DNA from: Macrostomum lignano
Taxonomy: Eukaryota
DNA: 30,875 nt
Reading direction: 5' to 3'
Assembly (NCBI GenBank): GCA_002269645.1
Contig: NIVC01004936.1
Location: 1-30,875, forward strand
Made by a program: the position numbers and the translations under genes. This document shows positions 22,270-30,875 of the stretch, one piece after another. Position 1 is the stretch's first letter, and every line of letters starts with the position of its first letter. The notes under the pieces are model-generated. The model searched no databases. It was not told where the DNA came from and saw only the letters and a list, made by a program, of their open reading frames with translations.

Positions 22270-24780
22270 ATGCATCGCTACACGATAATTACAAAGTTAT
22301 GTCTATCGATTGCCATGCTAATGACATGCTGGTGCCAACTGTCTTCTACTCTCAACGTCCAAACGGACAGTCTGACATTCCAACGCACATCGCTCTGCCC
22401 CACCGACGCTGCAGTGGTTGCGGCGTCCAATGTTGGCAGCAATGCTGAGTGCTCGGTGCACTGCAGCCTGAAGCTGCTTTGCGACGCCTTCCACTTTGAC
22501 CCGGGCACTCGGCTGTGCTACACTGGCGACTCGTGCTCGACAGAGGAACAATGGACGTCTGGAAGCTGCGACACGTTTCAGCATACGGCGGCTTCTAGTA
22601 AGTGACTAGCACGAATTGAACCTGCCATGGAAGGCTCTTTTGCTGAGTAGAAAGCGACACTGACTCGTGCACGTCTGACCCATCGATATTCTTGATTCAA
22701 AAAAAAATCAAAGCATTGTTGCTTCAGCAAGCCAATTTGTGTGAGAAGATGCTCAGAAACTCAGTTATCTGTCGTTGGTGTCAATTTGAAGACGAAGAAG
22801 ACCCAACTTGTACAAGATTTGATGTCGCTTCTTGGTCAGGCGAAAGAAACCCAGAGGATCATCTGACTCTACACTTCCCCACGCATAGAGCCGCTGTCGC
22901 AACGTATTCCTCTTGAATAATTTCAGAAACTCTGGTTTACTAGGTCAGCTGCAGATGAAATTGTTTTACCGATTCACGCCACAGCGGCTTACTGAACGAG
23001 GTGAATCCAAGCAGTATTGGCCTCACCGCTCGCAACGTGAACCTTGGGACCGACGGTGCCCAGCTGATGGGGCACAACGACTCCTATCTGATTGCTAAGA
23101 CGCCTGGCCTTGAGCAAGATTTGGACTTTAATAGAAATTATTCATTCTATATGCTAGCTAGGCATAACATGACGAGCGGGTGAGACAATATTTCAAAATT
23201 ATCTTGACAATCGTTTATTTGGGTAGAGATCAATTAGGATACAAAAAAAGTAATGTAGATATAAGTGGAGCAGAAAATAAGGACCTGGAGGGACTGGGGC
23301 AGGGAGTGAGGAGGGGGAGTGAGGAGGGGGACTTGGGCAGGGAGTGAGGAGGGGAAGTGAGGTGGGGCTGGGGCAGGAAGTGAGGAGGGGACTGGGGCAG
23401 GGAGTGAGGAGGGGGACTTTGGCAGGGAGTGAGGAGGGGGACTTGGGCAGGGAGTGAGGAGGGGGACTTGGGCAGGGAGTGAGGAGGAGAAGTGAGGTGG
23501 GGGCTGGGCAGGAAGTGAGGAGGGGACTGGGGCAGGGAGTGAGGAGGGGGACTTGGGCAGGGAGTGAGGAGGGGACTTGGGCAGGGAGTGAGGAGGGGGA
23601 CTTGGGCAGGGAGTGAGGAGGGGAAGTGAGGTGGGGGCTGGGGCAGGAAGTGAGGAGGGGACTAGGGCAGAGAGTGAGGTGGGGGACTTGGGCAGGGAGT
23701 GAGGAGGCGGACTTAGGCAGGGAGTGAGGAGGGGGACTTGGGCAGGGAGTGAGGAGGGGAAGTGAGGTGGGGGCTGGGGCAGGAAGTGAGGAAGGGACTG
23801 GGGCAGGGAGTGAGGCGGGGGACTTGGGCAGGGAGTGAGGCGGGGGACTTGGGCAGGGAGTGAGGCGGGGGACTTGGGCAGGGAGTGAGGAGGGGGACTT
23901 GGGCAGGGAGTGAGGAGGGGAAGTGAGGTGGGGGCTGGGGCAGGGAGTGAGGAGGGGGACTTGGGCAGGGAGTGAGGAGGGGGACTGGGGCAGGGAGTGA
24001 TGAGGGGACTGGGGCAGGGAGTGAGGAGGGGACTGGGGCAGGGAGTGAGGAGGGGACTGGGGCAGGGAGTGAGGAGGGGGACTGGGGCAGGGAGTGATGA
24101 GGGGACTGGGGCAGGGAGTGAGGAGGGGACTGGGGCAGGGAGTGAGGAGGGGACTGGGGCAGGGAGTGAGGAGGGGACTGGGGCAGGGAGTGAGGAGGGG
24201 GGACTGGGGCAGGGAGTGAGGAGGAGGCTGGGGCAGGGAGTGAGGAGGGGACTGGGCAGAAGGTGAGGTGGGGGACACTTCCATGGTGTAAAGTTTGTTT
24301 GAAGAAAACTATCTGACAAATTTCTACACCGTACATCCCGATTAAACTTTCAGCTACAATTTCTACCACCGGATTCAACAGTGCAACGGAACCAAGTCGT
24401 CCAACACTTGGGCAAAAAATAGTCGCACGATGTACGCGTATTTTTATTGGATGAACGGATATTTCCAGTACCAACGTTGGTCAGCTTACAACCTGTTTAC
24501 CAACGATGACTCAATCAAGTTAATCTCAGTTGGCTATGCGTACGCCGCCAAGGCTGAAAGTGTGAAATTTTATTTCAACGGAAGCATCTCGTACGCTGAA
24601 CCAACTCGAAATGGAAGCATTGGGAGCGCTGCCGCCAGTCGCTTCGGGTGTCTGAAATTTGGCTATAGCCTGAGAAATGATTGGAGTTTCAAAGGCTTAA
24701 TCCGTTGCTACGGTATGAGCAGTCGGAGCCTCACAGGATCGGAGTTCCAGCTGCTGCAGGACTACTGCTCGATGGGCTGA
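22270..24780 (+). CDS. Secreted PAN/apple-like + LamG/concanavalin-like protein; probable exons 22270-22597, 22944-23179 (frameshift ~22990), 24354-24780; ~329 aa
   Basis: Signal peptide MHRYTIITKLCLSIAMLMTCWC and PAN pattern ECSVHC..LLCDAFHF...LC. LamG-like segments GAQLMG..SYL and FYFNG...LKFG...WSFKGLIRCYGMSSRSLT..EFQLL. Junctions 22598/22943 and 23180/24353 are phase-compatible. Confidence 0.65.
23283..24275. repeat. G-rich intronic minisatellite, 24-26-bp unit ggactggggcagggagtgaggagg
   Basis: About 40 copies. The long Pro/Ser-rich ORFs on the minus strand are translations of this repeat. Confidence 0.96.
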
Positions 24781-25454
24781 GCCAAGGACGTCTAATTAAA
24801 GAGGAAGAGTTTGAAAAACCAGAGCTTGACTATTTTTACGACTAGAATTAACTTCTTCTTAAAGACTTTATGTGAAGTGGATACCATGGGGGGGGCATTT
24901 TTCTATAATGATGTTAAACTTTGTGTCCCCAGAAGTTTGCAAAAGTTGTTAGTATGTTTTAATTCCTTGTTGTTATCTAGATGTCGCAGTCATTTTTATT
25001 ATCGATATAGTTTAATCTATTTATTATTATTATTAATAATATTAATAATATTATAAGTGTAAGTGTGGCAGCATACCTTAAAGCACACTTTTTAGATTCT
25101 TTCCTGCAGTAGTACAATGCAGCTAGTAGTATAGTCACTTCTTTTAGATATTTTGTTTAACCTCTATTTAAACCCCAACCAACATCTTTGGGTTACACTT
25201 TACGGACATTTCGAGGAAATTATTGACAGCATAAGATTTCTAAATTTAAATAACTTTGCTTATTGCTTGATTTAAAAAGGAGTAATACATCTATCTATCA
25301 GTTTCTATATTATACGATCTATTATATATTGTGTCAGCTAATGTATACTATAGCAGGTCTTCTGGCTTTCAAGCTGTTTATTTTTGTTATCGCAAACACC
25401 AACTTTTGTTAATACTGGTTTATATAAATATTAAATGTTGTTCTGTGTTCCTCT

Positions 25455-25700
25455 GTTCCTGCTGTTCGGCTGCCTGCTCTCGTGTATGCTGATCACATCA
25501 TGCTCCTCTGTCGCGACCCAGCTGCTGCCCAGCGCGCTCTTTCCCAGCTCTGTGAGGAGGGCGATCGGGTGGGGCTGGTGGTCAACCTGCGCAATACAGG
25601 ACTTCCAGTATCTCGGATCGCTAGCAACAAGCCCCCGGACTCCATCGTCTTCGACAGGAGGAATCAATGACCTTCTCAGGATAAGTCCAGTGTTGAGTCC
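25455..25700 (+). mobile_element. Non-LTR retrotransposon (LINE) reverse-transcriptase fragment
   Basis: RLPALVYADHIMLLC...AQRALSQL.....VGLVVN (degenerate YADD segment), followed in another frame by QDFQYLGS, typical of RTE/CR1/L2-type RT C-termini. Confidence 0.75.
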
Positions 25701-25729
25701 ACGCAATTTCATAAAGTATCTGAATTAGT

Positions 25730-26269
25730 GCGGCTCGCATTCTGACAATAGTATTGGGCGAATAGAACCTGCCACCCGACTTGCGCTGAGACGCATAAGA
25801 GTACAACGGATCCATTTGGCCATTTCTTTGACCGGGGCAGTCGCGTAATTCAGCTTTAAATTGCTCTCTGCATGCCAACCAGGTCGTGAAGCGGTTGATC
25901 AAAGCCAGTTGGGCGGCCAGACTTTCTAATCCATCAGGGTACACATATTTTCCGGATCCGAGCTGACAAGTCTTTCTAATTCTTTGTCAAACGTGCAATA
26001 CGCTACCAGTGCAGTTAGTTCATCGCTCGCCCTCTCGATCTAAACTGCTAGAAGTAGCTTCGATAGACATTTCTTCTTCACTACATCCAAACACTGTTGC
26101 GTAGCGCATATCAATTACGAGTAGTTCCGGATTCCGAGACAATTCGATGACAGAAGCCATCGTTGAAGCTGAATTTGAGCTTTTATAAAAATTTCCAACC
26201 CCTCCTCAAACTTTTCGTCTCTTTTCGTTTCTCGTTTAACTTGCCATGCAGGAACGACTTTGTCTATGG
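25730..26269 (-). mobile_element. Probable Crypton-like (tyrosine recombinase) element relic: terminus plus decayed N-terminal coding segment
   Basis: Broken frames give DKELERLVSSDPEN, RFTTWL, KEMAKWIRC and YASQRKSGGRFYSPNTIVRMRAAL. These resemble the N-terminal region of Crypton/DUF3504-associated proteins (F..W...L..F....RK.DG..Y.PNTL). Confidence 0.55.
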
Positions 26270-26306
26270 TCAAAAGACAATGCTCTTCCTGTACGACAAA
26301 AAAAAA

Positions 26307-26554
26307 TCTGTTTGAGTCAGCTCAAATTCAATCATTGATCGAGAGCCGTTCGATGTGCCGTTCGGCGCGGATTTGAATTGACCTTCTTTGGTCACTTTGC
26401 CGAGCCGCCGATTTCGTTTGAAGTTGCCGCCTTCTGGCAGTAGTTTGGCCAGCGAGTTGCGGCTTCGCTTTGATGTTGACCGCCGACAGTGGCTGTGACT
26501 GCGATTGCTGAGGATGGCTCTGACGTTGATTCGGGGTCGCTTGCTGTCTCATGA
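26307..26554 (+). pseudogene. Duplicated 3' fragment of the sirtuin last exon (homology continues into 3' flank)
   Basis: High similarity to 19340-19590, with indels and no upstream exons. Homology continues to ~26940 and resumes at ~28075 and ~28490-28630. Confidence 0.88.
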
Positions 26555-26942
26555 ACCGGTTTTGGATATTTCGTTCAGGGTTGGCTACTGTCAGTAGCTG
26601 TGATAGCCTTTGCAGTAGAGATTGATTTATCAGACTGTACAGTGCAGATTCTTTAACTTGCTTATTGACAGACCTAATAAACAGAGCATTATATGTGTTT
26701 CTTTTGTTATCACTTTTTGCATTATAAATATTCACTGCACGACTGAATTCAACTGAAACTGTCTGTGTTCAGGGTTCCTCTTTTGCATTTTTGCATGCTA
26801 CGATGTGCTGCGTGGCATGAGAGGTTTTCCCACCTGGTCCTGAATAATTATCGAAAAAGGATTGTTGCTCACAAGCTTATATTTATGAGCTAACTCACTG
26901 ACACGAACTGCTCATTGTAGCTTGCTCAATCCTTTTGAGGAT

Positions 26943-27440
26943 TGTAGCTGGTGCCCCTTCTGTAGCTGGCGCCCCCTCTGTAGCTGGCGCCCCCTCTGCA
27001 GCTGGCGCCCCCTCTGTAGCTGGCGCCCATCTGTAGCTGGCGACCCCTCTGTAGCTGGCGCCCCCTCTGTAGCTGGCGCTCCCTCTGTAGCTAGCGCCCC
27101 CTCTGTAGCTGGCGCCGCCCTGTGTAGCTGCGCCCCCTCTGAAGCTGGCGGCCCGCTCTGTAGCTGGCGCGCCCTCTGTAGCTGGCGCCCCATCTGTAGC
27201 TGGCGCCCCCTCTGTAGCTGGCGCCCCATCTGTAGCTGGCGCCCCTCTGTAGCTGGCGCCCCCGTCTGTAGCTGGCGCCATCTGTAGCTGGCGCCCCCCT
27301 GTAGCTGGCGCCCCCTGTGTAGCTGGCGCCCTCTGAAGCTGGCGCCCCCTGTGTAGCTGGCGCCCCCTCTGAAGCTGGCGCTCCTCTTTGCTGGCGACCC
27401 CTCTGTAGCTGGCGCCCCCCCTATAGCTGGCGCCATCTCT
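26943..27440. repeat. GC-rich minisatellite, ~18-bp unit ctgtagctggcgccccct (expanded array)
   Basis: About 26 copies at the position paralogous to 19955-20122. Confidence 0.93.
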
Positions 27441-28249
27441 GCGGCCAGTACTTCCTCTGCAGCTGGATGAGAGGCCAGTTCCCTTTCTGCTCTCTCAAGC
27501 GCTTGACTATCTGCAAGGAAAAGTTTTAGACAATAAAACTTTTCAGACAAATGAGGAAGCAGCAGAAAGTCTTGAGTATTGAGCTGCTGGCGTCTCCGCA
27601 TTAGGTTTTCCACTGAACGGCTTTAGCAAGGAAACAAGGGTCGCTTGAATAAAGAAATTCTTGTTGAGCTCCATTGTGCTTGATCGCGTGGGCGACTGGT
27701 GTGTGGGAAGCGAAGGCTGCGTTAGACGCGAGTCACAGGTCACTGCACAGGAAGCTTAGCTCTCGTCTCTGCGCTGCATCTTCAAAGGTTTACTAAATCG
27801 TTTTACAAAAGTTTGCCTGTTTTTTTTAGCTTTCTCCCAAAGCATTTTCTGCTTTTATTTTAGTGATTTTCATTCTTGAACGTCAGTCTTTTTTCGCCAT
27901 GGCAGCTATTGCTGCTCAGAGAGTCTGGGCCTTAGAAACTAATATGACAGACTGACCGGTGATAGCTTTTAGCTCTTAGCACACTAAATATTAAAAACCG
28001 GAAAACTGCAACCAAACCTAGAACGACACGGGGCTTAAATTGTCTCTGAGTTCGAATCTAAAACTGCTTTTATCTGTGAACATCAACATTCGAATGTCAC
28101 TAGCAGGTAGATCGAGGTCTGATTGTTGTTTTGAGTTTTAGCGAGACCAAAGTTTAACAGAATTAATATTTTTGTAAAGGTTGTTGAGCACCCTTTCGTG
28201 ACATCGCGTCCATAACCTGAGCACATGCAAGCGCGCCAATACTGTACGT

Positions 28250-28365
28250 AGGCACACTCACACACTCGCACTCACACACTCGCACTCACACACACTCGCA
28301 CTACACACACTCGCACTCACACACTCGCACTCACACACACGCTCACACAGGGTGTACAGCGGCCC
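28250..28365 (-). repeat. SINE-family fragment with internal (cacactcg)-type microsatellite expansion
   Basis: Flanks aggcacactca and gtgtacagcggcc match the copy at ~10665-10697, with CA-rich units inserted between them. Confidence 0.6.
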
Positions 28366-28980
28366 TGACTGTCTACTTGTCTGGCTCTCTGTGGCTCTGT
28401 GGCTTGATCCCTATGGATCCTCAACGGTTTTTTTCCAGCTACATCATTCATTCGCTATCATTCAAAGCTTCTATATATAGAGAGGCTGAAAGACAAGCCC
28501 TGATCCTTCACTTCTACATGTAAAATTTATTTCTTCAACAGAGTCCAATCAAGATTTGAGTGTTTTGAAGATGCAGAAAATATTTAAATAGTTTTCTAAG
28601 TTCGCGCCGGTTGTATTTATGTGATTTACTCTGGTCCTTCAGGTCAGTAGAAGCATACTGTACATAACAATTTGCTTTTGAGCTGTAGAGAATTTGCTAA
28701 ATCACGAATCACTCCAAGCCACCGACCGCGCGCACTTATATTTGTAGCTAAGTGATTAAAAGTTAAAGCGATGTACACACACAGGGCGGGGCTCGGAGCG
28801 TACATGCTTTCGAGGGGAGAGGGAGAACTGATCAATATCAAGTTATAAACGTATATAGTAAAGATGTACACTGAGATCACTCTTCCGCCTCACAAGCTTA
28901 ACAAATTGCGTTCTTTGGTAGTTTAAGTTTCATTTGTTCTTCCATCATATTAATTTCTGTAGGCCAAATATTTCGAGTAT

Positions 28981-29637
28981 TCAGTTGTAGGCCTCGAACT
29001 CGCAGATCGAGAAAGCTCCACTAATCAGGTTAGCAACGCGAATTTTGCTGCCAAAGGCGTTGCAGGAGAAGTTGGCGACGGAAAACGCGCAGCCAGGTTC
29101 ACCTGGTTGCACTCAACTCCGTCCACCTGCAGCGAGAATTTGTTGAGCCGCTCAGCGCAGCAGTCCTGCCTGTTGTAGATGGTGACGTAGCTGATCAGCG
29201 ATGGGGCAGAGAGCTGGCCTTCCCACCATTGGACGGGTTATTTTTTGAGTGAGTGCAGGATCCACCGGAGTAAACCTGGTTCCTTTTTCCGTCAATTGCA
29301 CGGCCGCAGTTATGAGACTTCGAGCTCTGCTGACAGCCAACGAACTTCAGTTTCCTTGTTTCAACTTTTCTGATGTAAATATCACACAGGCTGGAGCTCT
29401 GCCAGGGCTGACTGAAGAAGGCAGACGGATGAAGAGTCGGCACAGGCCCTCCAGCCAGCTGAACCCGAAGCAGTCAGCTGCCTGTGGCGCAGTCCCTGGC
29501 GCACTGGATGCGCCTGCGGCCTGCGATGAGCTTTGATGCAGCTGGGGCTCGGCGCTCTGCCGTCTTTCGATATTGAATAAATTTGTGCTGCACAGGCTGA
29601 CAGGGATAAGCAAAGCTAGAATGAAAAATGTAATCAT
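28981..29637 (-). CDS. Secreted PAN/apple-like + F-type (fucose-binding) lectin, intronless, interrupted by ~5 frameshifts (assembly error or pseudogene)
   Basis: Signal peptide MITFFILALLIPVSLCS. PAN pieces IQCARDC and DCFGFSW..GLC. F-type domain QQSS...RAIDG...SCTH...WW...YVTIYNRQDCCAERL...SICEFEAY with the H-X26-R-X-D-X4-R motif after one base is restored. Confidence 0.8.
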
Positions 29638-30287
29638 TCTTGATACTGCACTGTGAAGAATGGTTTCTGGGTGGTTGCTTTGCAGTTTGTGTTAAAGAGT
29701 TCATATCTGCAGTAAATGATTGCATTCACATAGGCTTTCAAATTAGCCAATAAGAAGAAAGTTGGCAGTCAGCAAAGATTTGATTACATGTATTCGTAAT
29801 TCATTTGTCATGTAGAGGCTTTTGAATCTTTCCAAATCATAGCGAGAGTCCTTGCAGGCTCTAGATTCACTGCTTAGCCTCTTTTTTCTCTTCTTATGCG
29901 GTATTTGTACTAGCGGTATTCTAGCGGATTACTGCTGCACTTTAGAGGGCTTTACGACCGAAATCGCGGTTGGTTCTGCGTTATAATAAATTTTTACTCA
30001 AATAATGATAAGGCGTATGTTTGTTTAAAGTTGCTGAGATAGAGCTCTAAACACCGAGTACTGATTCTCGGACTGAGGCATTTTTTATTATAATCCGATA
30101 TTCTCTCCCTGCTGGTTTTGTGGATTTTCGCGCAGTTAGAAACGGCATTTCGAGTTACATCAATATAGTTACAGCCGGCCTTCCTTTCCTAAAGGCTAGC
30201 TTATTACTCCACTTGAAATGCATTGTAAGAGGTACTAGCAATCAACGTAAAATTTTTCTGAAAGCTCTCAGTAATTCCCTTCCATTA

Positions 30288-30400
30288 GCCTTGACATTAG
30301 CGATTCCCCCGTAAAGCCCCGACATCTCAGCAATTCCCCAGTAAGCATTGACATCTCAAGCAATTCCCATGCGCCTTGACATCTTAGAAAATTCCCCAAT
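30288..30400. repeat. Short degenerate array related to the MCAT-intron minisatellite (gacatctcagcaattcccc)
   Basis: About 4 units of gccttgacatct(c)agcaa(t/c)tcccc at ~30-bp spacing. Confidence 0.6.
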
Positions 30401-30542
30401 CAATCTTAATGCCAACATTACGCTTTTATTTTTGACATGAAGCTTCTTCCACAACAGGCGTTTAATTTATCACATCAGTTGACTGGCGGAATCGATCTAA
30501 GACTGAATTTATTCGTCACAGTGTGGAAGCATTGATTCGATG

Positions 30543-30875
30543 AGAGCTAGTCTAGATGTGAACAGACTGAACTGCTGATGCAGCGAACCTGGGTTCGAAT
30601 TTATAGTGTAAAGGAATTGCCATGTAAACCCATGCAATTAACGCCCTGAGGGCCAACACCCAAAGGTACAGTGAAGTGTACATGCCTAACGATAAATATA
30701 GTTAGGGCGCTGTGCACTCATGTCGTGAGTGTGTGCCTGTGATGTGACTGCGTATGTATCCGCGCGCTCAGGGAGTCGGTGAAGTGGGCAGTAATGCCTC
30801 TCGGCCGGTTGTGTGACAATGTCAGCTTAAAGTGCGCCAGGGTGCACACAGCCTACATGTCTAATGAAAAATGGG
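30543..30875 (+). mobile_element. Second tRNA-derived SINE family member (may extend past the window end)
   Basis: A-box-like tagtctag, anticodon-arm relic ctgaa-ctgctga-tgcag and B box gggttcgaat (30591-30600). The body is shared with 10545-10790. Confidence 0.65.

Noticed and set aside
23199-24474. Long Pro/Ser-rich minus-strand ORFs (extensin/mucin-like)
   Set aside because: They arise from the C-rich strand of the intronic minisatellite, which lacks stop codons. All three frames are open.
26895-27613. GAPATE/GRQLQR repeat proteins
   Set aside because: They are translations of the 18-bp GC minisatellite, with no independent support for coding.

Overview
Eukaryotic, gene-dense animal genomic window with GT-AG introns. 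GC-rich exons and repeat-filled introns suggest a free-living flatworm such as Macrostomum (inference only). Nine protein-coding genes can be reconstructed. On the + strand: an mS38/AURKAIP1-like gene, MED30, POLR3K, mitochondrial MCAT, UBLCP1, an atypical class IV sirtuin and a secreted PAN+LamG-like gene. On the - strand: NPC2 and a secreted PAN+F-type lectin gene. Most long introns are filled by a different tandem repeat, the largest a ~3.2 kb array of 23-bp units. Mobile DNA includes a tRNA-derived CORE-like SINE with a triplicated head, a second tRNA-SINE family (3 pieces), a non-autonomous hAT-like element with an 8-bp TSD, a LINE RT fragment and a probable Crypton (tyrosine recombinase) relic. 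There is also a partial duplication of the sirtuin 3' end. The most striking structure is the intronless POLR3K gene enclosed between two ~520-bp satellite arrays that are reverse complements of each other. Four genes need 1-nt frameshift corrections, mostly in G/C runs, which most likely reflects long-read assembly error. No CRISPR, rRNA or clearly functional tRNA was found.
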